32,000 bases of DNA from Nostoc sp. PCC 7120 = FACHB-418 (lineage in GTDB: Bacteria > Cyanobacteriota > Cyanobacteriia > Cyanobacteriales > Nostocaceae), in the NCBI RefSeq assembly GCF_000009705.1, contig NC_003272.1, forward strand, positions 510,001 through 542,000. Direction: 5' to 3'. The position numbers and the translations under genes were made by a program. Of this stretch, positions 8,988 to 17,253 are shown one piece after another. How positions within the stretch are numbered: position 1 is the stretch's first letter; each line of letters begins with the position of its first letter. The notes below the pieces were generated by a model that saw nothing but the letters and a program-made list of their open reading frames with translations, did no database searches and had not been told where the DNA came from.

Positions 8988-9746
8988 TTAAAAGCCATCT
9001 GTTAAATCAGTAGGTGTCATGTGGGCATGAACTACTTGACCGTCTTTAAACCATACAATGCGTTTGGTTTGACGAGCAACTTCTGGTTCATGCGTCACCA
9101 TAACTACAGTAATTCCTCCGCTATTTAACTCGGTAAAAATATCTAATACTTCTTGGGTAGTGCGGGAATCAAGTGCGCCTGTTGGTTCATCTGCTAAGAG
9201 GACAACGGGACGATTGACAATGGCACGGGCGATCGCTACTCTTTGTTGTTGTCCACCTGATAATTGAGTAGGTTTGTTGTTGAGACGTTTTTCTAAGCCT
9301 ACACGAATCAAAGCTTCTGTCGCGCGATCGCGTCTTTCGTTGGGGGTAACATCAGCATAAACCATCGGTAGCATAACGTTTTCTAAAGCCGATAGTTGGG
9401 GCAACAAATGGAATTGTTGAAACACAAACCCCAGTTTTCTGTTGCGGATATGTGCCAAATCTTTATCATTCATTTGCGCCACATCCAAACCATCTAAATA
9501 ATAATGTCCTTCTGTAGGACGATCCAAACAGCCAATAATATTCATCGCTGTGGATTTACCAGAACCCGAAGGCCCCATAATGGAACAATACTCACCCTCA
9601 TTAATTACCAAATTCACATCATTGAGAGCTTTAACTTCAGTTTCCCCAATACCATAAACCTTAAAAATGCTTTCTAGGCGAATAATTGCTGACTGTGGTA
9701 CAGGATTAGGAACGAGGGAATCGGTAAGAGAAATTGTGTTTGACAT
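8988..9746 (-). CDS. ABC transporter ATP-binding protein, MacB/LolD/DevA type, with no adjacent permease
   Basis: ABC motifs present are Walker A GPSGSGKST, signature [14 protein letters not shown], Walker [12 protein letters not shown] and H-loop VTHE. It is closely similar to the ATPase at 20307..20996. Confidence 0.93.
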   Translation of the reverse strand: MSNTISLTDSLVPNPVPQSAIIRLESIFKVYGIGETEVKALNDVNLVINEGEYCSIMGPSGSGKSTAMNIIGCLDRPTEGHYYLDGLDVAQMNDKDLAHIRNRKLGFVFQQFHLLPQLSALENVMLPMVYADVTPNERRDRATEALIRVGLEKRLNNKPTQLSGGQQQRVAIARAIVNRPVVLLADEPTGALDSRTTQEVLDIFTELNSGGITVVMVTHEPEVARQTKRIVWFKDGQVVHAHMTPTDLTDGF

Positions 9747-9862
9747 GGTTAATTGGTAATTAATATTTGGTAAATTAACTCTTCCTATTGGGAAGGGGTA
9801 TTTATATGTGTAAGACTTTTATGTTAGCAATAATACTTTTCAAATAACCTCCACAAATTTCT

Positions 9863-9897
9863 CCCCAATCCCTAATCCCCAATCCCCAATCCCCAAC
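9863..9897. repeat. Tandem heptamer repeat (STRR-like), CCCCAAT x5 with variants
   Basis: The sequence ccccaat ccctaat ccccaat ccccaat ccccaac lies in the divergent intergenic region. Confidence 0.8.
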
Positions 9898-9997
9898 ATA
9901 ACGTGTTTTCAGTTACAGTTATGCCAGATGCAATTAAGCCACAATGTTGATTAATCAATAGAAGTGCAGCCCTACCTATAAACGATGCTGCTGTCAC

Positions 9998-11683
9998 ATG
10001 AAACCTCGAATTATTGTTTGTGGCTTAGGACGAACTGGATATAAAATCTTCCGTTTGCTGAGACAGCAGGGTGCGTTTGTAGTAGGTATTCATCACAAAC
10101 CCATCCCTGGCGAAGCTGGGGGAGATGTAATTATTGGCAATTTACAAACAGCTGCTACCCTAGCAGCAGCAGGGATTCATCAAGCACAAACTTTGGTGAT
10201 TGCTAGCTCGGATGATGCTGTAAATTTGTCAATTATGATGCAGGCAAGGGTGCTGAATCCGCATATTCGGATTATTAACCGCTTTTACAATATTAATTTA
10301 GGCGATCGCCTAGATCAAACTCTGCCAGAACACCTGAGTATGAGTGTGATTGGATTAGCCGCACCGTTATTTACTTTCGCTGCTTTGGGAAATCAAGCAA
10401 TTGGGCAGATCAAGTTATATGAGCAGACTTGGCCTGTCCAAGAAGAATATATTGATGAAAATCATCCCTGGCTTGGTCGTAAGTTAAGTGAGCTGTGGGA
10501 GTGTCCGACACGGATGCCAATTTATTACTTACCTGTGGAAGGGGAGATGAGTTTGGTATCGGCGGTACTGTCTGGACAACATTTAAGAATAGGCGATCGC
10601 TTAATCGTGGGTATCCAACCCCGTGTCCGTTCTACTAGACGATCCTTAATCAAAAAATGCCTGAAAGTTCTCACTAGTTTGCGGCAATTTCAACAACATG
10701 GACAATCAATAATTGTAGGGGCGATCGTTTTACTGGCGATCGTTATGATTGCCACCCTCACCTATATGTCTACTGAATTGAGCTTATCTATGGTTGATGC
10801 GCTCTATTTTTCTGTAGGTATGATTACTGGTGCAGGTGGTAATGACAAGGTAGCAGAAAATGCTCCTAACAGTATCAAATTATTCACTGTGGTTATGATG
10901 CTGGTTGGCGCTGTGGTGATTGGTATTTGGTATGCCATGATCACAGATTTTATTCTGGGTACACGCTTCAAGCAATTTTGGGATGCAGCCCGGATTCCCC
11001 AGCGTCATCACTATATTGTCTGTGGTTTAAGCGGTGTTGGTAGCAAAATTGTTCAGCAACTCCACACCAGTGGTTATGATGTGGTAGTGATTGAAACTGA
11101 CTCCAACAATAAATACGTCAACTCTGTACGTGGGTTAGGTATTCCCGTAATTCAAGGCGATGCCAGTTTCCGTACCACCCTCAAAACCAGCAATATAAAC
11201 TCTGCGTCCGCCGTGCTGGCTGTAACTAATAATGATGCTACTAACCTAGAGATTGCCCTGAAAGCTAAAGGTTTAGCCCCGAAAATTCCCGTAATTGTCC
11301 ACTATGCCGACCCTGATTTTGCAGGTATAGCACAACAAGTATTTGACTTTGAGGCGGTATTAAGTTCAGCAGAATTGGCAGCGCCGGCCTTTGCGGCGGC
11401 GGCTTTGGGCGGACGCATCCTTGGTAACGGCATCACAGCAGATAAACTTTGGGTAGCATTTGCCACTTTAATTACACCGTCACATCCTTTTTGTGGTCAT
11501 GTGGTTAAAGATATAGCCATGTCGGCTGAGTTCGTGCCTTTATACGTAGAAGCTAATGGTCAAAGGGTTCACGGCTGGAACTTATTAGCAACATACCTGA
11601 GCGAAGGTGATGTTTTATATTTAACAATGCCAGCTAATCAGCTATATAAATTGTGGCGCGACGAACGGGCGTGTAATGCCTAG
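9998..11683 (+). CDS. Ion-channel protein with two TrkA-N/RCK NAD-binding domains flanking a 2-TM pore module
   Basis: There are two Rossmann starts, IIVCGLGRTGYKIF and YIVCGLSGVGSKIV. Two hydrophobic helices flank the pore-loop-like LYFSVGMITGAGGND. Confidence 0.85.
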   Translation: MKPRIIVCGLGRTGYKIFRLLRQQGAFVVGIHHKPIPGEAGGDVIIGNLQTAATLAAAGIHQAQTLVIASSDDAVNLSIMMQARVLNPHIRIINRFYNINLGDRLDQTLPEHLSMSVIGLAAPLFTFAALGNQAIGQIKLYEQTWPVQEEYIDENHPWLGRKLSELWECPTRMPIYYLPVEGEMSLVSAVLSGQHLRIGDRLIVGIQPRVRSTRRSLIKKCLKVLTSLRQFQQHGQSIIVGAIVLLAIVMIATLTYMSTELSLSMVDALYFSVGMITGAGGNDKVAENAPNSIKLFTVVMMLVGAVVIGIWYAMITDFILGTRFKQFWDAARIPQRHHYIVCGLSGVGSKIVQQLHTSGYDVVVIETDSNNKYVNSVRGLGIPVIQGDASFRTTLKTSNINSASAVLAVTNNDATNLEIALKAKGLAPKIPVIVHYADPDFAGIAQQVFDFEAVLSSAELAAPAFAAAALGGRILGNGITADKLWVAFATLITPSHPFCGHVVKDIAMSAEFVPLYVEANGQRVHGWNLLATYLSEGDVLYLTMPANQLYKLWRDERACNA

Positions 11684-11688
11684 TTTGT

Positions 11689-11743
11689 GGGATTGGGGAA
11701 GGTGGGACACTGTTCCTTCTACCAGTACCCAGTCCCTAATCCC
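11689..11743. terminator. Imperfect G-arm/C-arm hairpin between convergent genes (possible bidirectional terminator)
   Basis: The arm gggattgggg (11689-11698) can pair with ccctaatccc (11734-11743). The hairpin lies between the stops at 11683 (+) and 11749 (-). Confidence 0.3.
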
Positions 11744-11748
11744 TAAAC

Positions 11749-14256
11749 CTACCTCACTTCCACAACAGCAATCACTTTTTCGTCGCGGTTAAGTTGGAGG
11801 ATACTTTCACCTTTACCATCCCTGGGCAAAATCGGTACTGTGTCTGTGGGTATCCGTACTACTCGCTCTCTATTGGTAAGTAGTGCCATTTCACCAGAGG
11901 TATTTGCCCCTACCATAGCCGCGAGATTGTCGGTTTTGTTGACAAATTTCATGGATTGTGTACCTAAGTCACCCCGATTTGCTGACTTGATTTGATTGAC
12001 TGGCAAGCGTTTAGCGTATCCTTCTTCGGTGACTAATAATAAATGCTCTGCTTGTGCTGCGTTCACGCAACCAACCATACGCTGATTTCTCAGCAGCCGG
12101 AATGCTTGTAAACCCATCGCCGTCCTACCCATAATCGGTAGTTGTTCATCATTGGTGGAGAATCTCAACAATCGTCCCCCGGAACTAGCCAAAATTAGTT
12201 GCTGTCCTGGTTTACTAAACTGAGTTAAGAGCAATTCATCATCATCTTTGAGTTTTAAAATCGTCACCCCGCGACGAGTCAAGTTAGTTAATTCTTCCAA
12301 AGATAAACGTTTAATTCTCCCCTGCTTAGTTAAAAGAATTAATTGTTGAGCCGCCAAATTTTCGGGCAGTAAAAGGCGGCTGACTACTGGTTCTTGATTA
12401 CCTTGGGCTGTGCTGGTTAGCATGGTAATCAATGGTGTTCCCCTGGGTGAACGTCCAGTGGTGGGGGGAATATCTCCCACTTTTACAGGGTAGAGTTTAC
12501 CGCCGTTGGTAAGTATTAATAATTCTTTGTGGGTATCGGTGATGTTGGTTTGGATAATGAAGTCATGCTCTAGCAGACCATTTTCCACCTTAGATTTTTT
12601 CCCTGGCTGAATCCGGCGTAAGTATCCCCGATGGGTGATCTCTAAAATCGCTTCTTCCGCAGGCTCTAAAGGTGAAAGATTTTCTGTATCTTCATCTGTT
12701 TTGGCAGAACTGTTTTGTTTGTCGGCCTTTTTATTTTTGGGTAGTTCCTCCAAACTTTTAGCGCCTAACTTGGTGCGTCGAGGATCGCCGTATTTTCGTT
12801 TGAGCGATCGCAAATCTTTTTTCAGCGCCTTGAGTAATTCTTTGCGATCGCTTAATAACCTATCTAACAAAGTTATCTGTTCGCTCAGTTCGCCAAACTC
12901 ACGCTGTAAGTTCTGCTGTTCTAAACTGGTGAGGCGACGCAATGGCATGGACAAAATTGCATCTGCTTGGTCTTCACTCAAATCTAGTCGGCTACACAGG
13001 GTAACTTTCGCCGTACTTCCATCGGGTGCTTGTCGCAAAATTCCGATGACCTCATCTAATTTAGATAAGGCTTTGAGCAATCCTTCAACTGTATTTAATC
13101 TGCTGGCTGCTTTACCCAACTCGTAACTGTAGCGACGATTGAGGGTGTTTTCTCGGAAATTCAAAAACTCCTGTAACAATTGCCGCAAACTTAACTGCCT
13201 GGGTTGTCCCTCAACAATAGCCAAAAGAATTGCCCCAAAGTTAGTTTGCAAAGCTGTTTGATGATACAAATGCTGGAGAACTTCTTGGGGATTTGTATCA
13301 CGTTTGAGTTCAATCACCACCCGCATTCCTTCGCGATCGCTTTCATCCCGCAGATCAGAAATTCCTTGCAGGCGGCCTTGATTGACTAATTCCGCGACTT
13401 TTTCAATCCAGCCAGCCTTATTCACCTGATACGGCAATTCAGTCACGATAATTGCCATTCGGCGTTTACTTCCCCTACCGCCAGGAACTTCTTCAACGGT
13501 AGCCACACCTCTGAGAACAATACTGCCTTTACCCGTGATATAAGCTTCCCGAATCCCAGCCTCACCAACTATTTCCCCACCTGTCGGAAAGTCTGGCCCC
13601 GGTATTAACTCTAATAATTTTTCATCGGCTAAATCTGGTTGGTCGATGAGCGCAATTAAACCATCAACTATTTCTCCTAAATTATGGGGGGGAATATTTG
13701 TCGCCATCCCCACCGCAATTCCGGAACAACCATTCAGCAATAAAAACGGTAACTGAGCAGGTAATACTGTCGGCTCTTGTTGGGAGTTATCAAAGTTACC
13801 CACAAATTCCACAGTTTCTTCACCAATTTCTGTCAGCATTCCCTCATGACTAATGGGAGCTAGGCGCGTTTCTGTGTAACGCATCGCCGCCGGTGGGTCA
13901 TTATCGACGCTGCCAAAATTGCCATGTCCACCCAGTAAAGGGTAACGGCTGGAAAAATCCTGCACCAGCCTCACCAAAGCATCATAAACAGCTTGATCGC
14001 CATGAGGGTGGTATTTACCCAGCACATCCCCCACCACACGGGCGCATTTCCGGTATGGTCTATCGGGGGTCAAACCAAGTTCGTGCATGGCATATAAAAT
14101 CCGCCGATGAACTGGCTTTAAGCCATCACGAACATCTGGTAATGCTCGGCCAACAATCACACTCATGGCATATTCAAGATAAGACCGTTGCATCTCTGTG
14201 TGCAGGGCTGTTGTGATTACCTGTCCCGTGGAGAGAAGGTTTAACTGTTTTGCCAT
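11749..14256 (-). CDS. Type IIA topoisomerase subunit A (GyrA/ParC paralog)
   Basis: The N-terminus [37 protein letters not shown] is typical of the family. The catalytic Tyr context AAMRYTE is present, and there is a C-terminal beta-pinwheel region. No canonical GyrA box QRRGGKG is seen at the start of the C-terminal domain. Confidence 0.92.
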   Translation of the reverse strand: MAKQLNLLSTGQVITTALHTEMQRSYLEYAMSVIVGRALPDVRDGLKPVHRRILYAMHELGLTPDRPYRKCARVVGDVLGKYHPHGDQAVYDALVRLVQDFSSRYPLLGGHGNFGSVDNDPPAAMRYTETRLAPISHEGMLTEIGEETVEFVGNFDNSQQEPTVLPAQLPFLLLNGCSGIAVGMATNIPPHNLGEIVDGLIALIDQPDLADEKLLELIPGPDFPTGGEIVGEAGIREAYITGKGSIVLRGVATVEEVPGGRGSKRRMAIIVTELPYQVNKAGWIEKVAELVNQGRLQGISDLRDESDREGMRVVIELKRDTNPQEVLQHLYHQTALQTNFGAILLAIVEGQPRQLSLRQLLQEFLNFRENTLNRRYSYELGKAASRLNTVEGLLKALSKLDEVIGILRQAPDGSTAKVTLCSRLDLSEDQADAILSMPLRRLTSLEQQNLQREFGELSEQITLLDRLLSDRKELLKALKKDLRSLKRKYGDPRRTKLGAKSLEELPKNKKADKQNSSAKTDEDTENLSPLEPAEEAILEITHRGYLRRIQPGKKSKVENGLLEHDFIIQTNITDTHKELLILTNGGKLYPVKVGDIPPTTGRSPRGTPLITMLTSTAQGNQEPVVSRLLLPENLAAQQLILLTKQGRIKRLSLEELTNLTRRGVTILKLKDDDELLLTQFSKPGQQLILASSGGRLLRFSTNDEQLPIMGRTAMGLQAFRLLRNQRMVGCVNAAQAEHLLLVTEEGYAKRLPVNQIKSANRGDLGTQSMKFVNKTDNLAAMVGANTSGEMALLTNRERVVRIPTDTVPILPRDGKGESILQLNRDEKVIAVVEVR

Positions 14257-14482
14257 GAGTTTTTTCCCTGAGATTGAATTACATAAAAGTCGCTTGCACT
14301 AAACACGGCAGCAAACACAGCATAACGGATGAAATGGGATTCATAACACAATATTGATGATCACCGGATAAAAAGCCGTAGTATTATCCTTGATGACAGC
14401 AAAGCATATTGATACTAAAAAGAAGCTAGACAACTGTGTTTATTCAGATTGTCATCCCATTACCTCTATAAATAAAATTCTC

Positions 14483-14887
14483 ATGAAAACTGTTTTGATT
14501 GTCGAAGACGATCTAATTAATGCTCGTGTTTTTTCCAAAATTTTGACCAAGCGCGGTGGCTTAGGCGTGAAACATACTGAAAATGTAGATGAGGTGATGA
14601 AAATTGCTCAGTTAGGAGAGGCAGACCTGATTTTGATGGATGTTTCTCTATCTAGGAGTGTTTATCAAGGTAAATCTGTGGATGGGATCAAGATTACACA
14701 AATGTTAAAATCTGACCCCCAAACAGCCAACTTACCAGTAATTCTCGTCACAGCACACGCTATGGAAGGCGATCGCGAGAATTTTCTCCGGCTGAGTGGT
14801 GCTGATGGCTACATATCTAAGCCTGTTGTAGACCACCAGCAATTCGTTGACCAAATCATAGCTCTCCTCCCCAGTGACAACCACTGA
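14483..14887 (+). CDS. Single-domain response regulator (CheY-like receiver)
   Basis: The receiver pattern is MKTVLIVEDDLINARVF ... DLILMDVSL ... PVILVTAHA ... YISKP. The track ORF begins at the TTG at 14390, but the receiver fold starts at the ATG at 14483. Confidence 0.88.
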   Translation: MKTVLIVEDDLINARVFSKILTKRGGLGVKHTENVDEVMKIAQLGEADLILMDVSLSRSVYQGKSVDGIKITQMLKSDPQTANLPVILVTAHAMEGDRENFLRLSGADGYISKPVVDHQQFVDQIIALLPSDNH

Positions 14888-14907
14888 ACGCTTCATAAAT
14901 TTTTTCA

Positions 14908-14944
14908 GGAACCATCATCTAGTCTTTTTTTGGGTGATGGTTCC
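14908..14944 (+). terminator. Intrinsic terminator downstream of the response regulator
   Basis: A perfect 10-bp stem, ggaaccatca / tgatggttcc, encloses a T-rich loop and is followed by caatttta. Confidence 0.6.
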
Positions 14945-15004
14945 CAATTTTATAGTATAAACGTACTACGAAGTATGAGTAATAAGCAAGTGGTTAGGGA
15001 AAAT

Positions 15005-15203
15005 AGGGGTGTAAGGGTTTAGGGGTGTAAGGGTTGAAGAGAAATAAATCTCTTCTGCCTAGTTTTACGGCTCCGGGTACTAGCCTCTGCCTTTCTTGAT
15101 AACTATTTGTACAACTCAGTATATTCAGTGAGTGAACTAAGTTATAAGTTATTAGTTTCACCAATTCCCTACACCCCTAGACCCCCATACCCCTACACCC
15201 TTA
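15005..15203. repeat. About 200-bp element bounded by inverted GGGGTGTAAGGG-type arms (MITE-like) in a convergent intergenic gap
   Basis: The left arm is aggggtgtaagggtttaggggtgtaagggtt (15005-15035). The right arm is ccctacacccctagacccccatacccctacaccc (15167-15200), an imperfect reverse complement of the left arm. Confidence 0.45.
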
Positions 15204-15206
15204 TTT

Positions 15207-16106
15207 TCACCGTCTAGGAGTAGGCGCGCTTTCTCGCTGCCCTAGAGCTGCTTGAATGCGCGGTAATTCCAAGAATTGTTTCGTATCAGACAATAAGCGA
15301 TCGCCCCACAAATTCTCTTTGAGAAAATCTATGTTGGCATAGCGCGGATCAATCCGGAGTGCGGCTTCTCCTAAAGATATACCCTGTTGGCGATCGCCTT
15401 TGGTGTACAGCGCCACTGCTAGGGCTAGTAATGGTTCTGCGGCTTGTTTATCAATGGAAACAGCAGTTTGCCATCGCTTAATTGCTTCGCTTACGTTACC
15501 TTGTTCGTAGTTGATTAAGCCGATGTTGTTAATTGCTGGCCAGAATTTTCTATCTTGAGCTACAGCTTTGTTGTATTGAGCGATCGCGTCTGGCAGTCGT
15601 CCTATCATGTAATAGGCGTTTCCTAAATCAAACAATCCATCTGCTTCATTGGGTTTTAATGCCAAACCTGCTTGGTAATGTTCAATAGCTGCTTGATATT
15701 TTTTTTGTTGAAAATTAGCCGAGCCTAAAGCAAACAAGACATCAGCATTCTTGGGATTGATTGTTTTTGACCTATTGAGAGATGCGATCGCTCCATCAAA
15801 ATTTTTAGTTTGCAACTGCAAACCACCCAAGAGAAACCACACTTTATCATTCCCAGGAGCTAACTGGCTAGCCAGTCTTGCTCTTGCTAAAGCCAACTCA
15901 TACTGCTGGAACTGTCCCAGTTGAGCCGCTTCTTGGGCTAAACTCAACCCTTGCTTTTCCAACTTTGCAGGATCTAGTTGCAATGTATGAGGTATCAATG
16001 CCTGTGCATGAGCTGCTTGGGGCATACTCCATAAACCACAGACAACCAGAAGAGAAATTAAACTAACGTGTTTAGGCACACTACCGCCTCTTGAGCCATA
16101 AATCAA
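15207..16106 (-). CDS. TPR-repeat protein with signal peptide
   Basis: The N-terminus VSLISLLVVCGLWSMPQAAHAQA looks like a signal peptide. It is followed by repeated TPR units (A...Y..AL...P....A...LG.AY...G....A). Confidence 0.85.
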   Translation of the reverse strand: MIYGSRGGSVPKHVSLISLLVVCGLWSMPQAAHAQALIPHTLQLDPAKLEKQGLSLAQEAAQLGQFQQYELALARARLASQLAPGNDKVWFLLGGLQLQTKNFDGAIASLNRSKTINPKNADVLFALGSANFQQKKYQAAIEHYQAGLALKPNEADGLFDLGNAYYMIGRLPDAIAQYNKAVAQDRKFWPAINNIGLINYEQGNVSEAIKRWQTAVSIDKQAAEPLLALAVALYTKGDRQQGISLGEAALRIDPRYANIDFLKENLWGDRLLSDTKQFLELPRIQAALGQRESAPTPRR

Positions 16107-16202
16107 ATAATCTCTCAGCTAGCTTAAACGATCTCCGCCTAAGGCGGCAGGTAAATGTTACAGTCGTTTGCGCGAACAAGGGTTTCCCCGTTTGGGGCAA
16201 AT

Positions 16203-16256
16203 GGCATTGCCTACATATACTTAGATATTTTCAATCATCAAATCGGATTCCTATAT
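16203..16256. repeat. Dispersed intergenic repeat, copy A (paired with 25774-25831)
   Basis: The copy-A sequence ggcattgcctacatatacttagatattttcaatcatcaaatcggattcctatat aligns with copy B at roughly 85-90 percent identity with one small indel. Confidence 0.6.
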
Positions 16257-16524
16257 CCACTTTGAAACTATGTTAGGCATTAGAGAATTATTAACCCCCA
16301 AGCAACGCCAATTGCTTACAAACAAGCTACACAATTTTGCTCATTCTCCTCATAATTCTGGTCAATCTGATAACCTCAAATTACGGATAATTAATAATTA
16401 TTAAGAAATAGCGGCAAAACTTTGCACCTGTTTAATTTCTTGTTTTTTAGGCAATTCTTAACTTATTAAGAGGAGAAAAATAATTTATTTTAGTTTCATG
16501 AGTAGGTTAAAAACCAATAATTAT

Positions 16525-16540
16525 TGTGACTATAGTCATA
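16525..16540. promoter_or_regulatory. CRP-family (TGTGA-N6-TCACA) like palindrome, site 1
   Basis: The site TGTGA-CTATAG-TCATA has one mismatch to the consensus and lies about 150 bp upstream of the ATG at 16682. Confidence 0.35.
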
Positions 16541-16558
16541 TATAAATAAGCAAATATT

Positions 16559-16574
16559 AGTGACTTTTGTCACT
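16559..16574. promoter_or_regulatory. CRP-family like palindrome, site 2
   Basis: The site AGTGA-CTTTTG-TCACT has a perfect GTGAC-N4-GTCAC dyad. Its centre is 34 bp from site 1 and about 115 bp upstream of the ATG at 16682. Confidence 0.35.
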
Positions 16575-16681
16575 TATGAAATCCAGCCTTCTTGGCTGAT
16601 AATTGCTCATATAGGTTGGCAAATTCCCAACGCCTGAACCTCAACAAAAAGCAACATCAGCACAAACAAGAAGAAAATATC

Positions 16682-17059
16682 ATGTTGAAAAAAAATCGTG
16701 TAACTATCTTTTTAGCTGCTGTCGTTATGTTTGCTCCTATGCTTTTGGCTACTCCTGCCAGTGCTGGAAGCAGATATAACAATAGAGAAGTAAACCAAAG
16801 AAGAGCAGTTTACCAAAGACCAGTTTACCAAAGACCAGTTTATCAGCGAGTAGTCAGACTCCGCAATGGTGCTTATAGACTTCCTAATGGGCAAGTTATT
16901 CCTGGTAACAGATTAGTCAGGCTACGTAATCAAGGTTATTGGAGACTACCCAACGGCGATATCATTCTTCCTAGTCAAGAAATTGTTCCTGTCAGAAGCG
17001 TCGTCAGACTAAGAGATGGTAGGGTTAGGTTACCTAACGGAGTCCTAGTAAGACTTTAG
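16682..17059 (+). CDS. Small secreted, highly basic repeat protein (125 aa)
   Basis: The signal peptide is MLKKNRVTIFLAAVVMFAPMLLATPASA. It is followed by (VYQRP)x3 and three VRLR(N/D)G..RLPNG units. The track ORF starts at an upstream TTG (16592), but the ATG at 16682 gives a canonical signal peptide. Confidence 0.72.
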   Translation: MLKKNRVTIFLAAVVMFAPMLLATPASAGSRYNNREVNQRRAVYQRPVYQRPVYQRVVRLRNGAYRLPNGQVIPGNRLVRLRNQGYWRLPNGDIILPSQEIVPVRSVVRLRDGRVRLPNGVLVRL

Positions 17060-17201
17060 TCAAAGCCTAGAAACTGCCAAAAACAGCTTGACAATTTACT
17101 CATTTAACAGTTTGCATCACAATGAGTTGCAGAAGATATATAAATCAATGATTTTGTATCTTCTTTATATAACTAGACATAATAAATACAGGGCTACCAA
17201 C

Positions 17202-17235
17202 CTACAGAACTAGTATTGAGTTACTGGTTCTGTAG
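17202..17235 (+). terminator. Terminator/attenuator-like hairpin 18 nt upstream of the DevB-like start
   Basis: A 9-bp stem, ctacagaac / gttctgtag, is followed by taaattttt. A second hairpin, agaagata / tatcttct, lies at 17131-17164. Confidence 0.4.
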
Positions 17236-17253
17236 TAAATTTTTAACCACGGA

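Noticed and set aside
8603-8998. 131-aa minus-strand ORF spanning the kinase/ATPase intergenic region
   Set aside because: It overlaps the kinase start and the ATPase stop. Its composition is repeat-derived and low-complexity (LPAPLPLPNPQ), and it has no motif.
9863-9897. CRISPR array suspected from short tandem repeats (also 18864-18889, 3356-3376)
   Set aside because: The units are 7 nt long and directly abutting with no spacers. They are STRR-type heptamer repeats, not CRISPR repeats, and no cas genes are in the window.
12635-13126. 163-aa plus-strand ORF and other antisense ORFs inside the topoisomerase gene (13204-13389, 13893-14216)
   Set aside because: They are embedded antisense in a strongly supported 835-aa CDS, and their Ser/Leu-rich composition is typical of shadow ORFs.
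14390-14482. 31-aa N-terminal extension of the response regulator from a TTG start
   Set aside because: The receiver fold begins at MKTVLIVEDD (ATG at 14483). The extension has no counterpart in CheY-like proteins.
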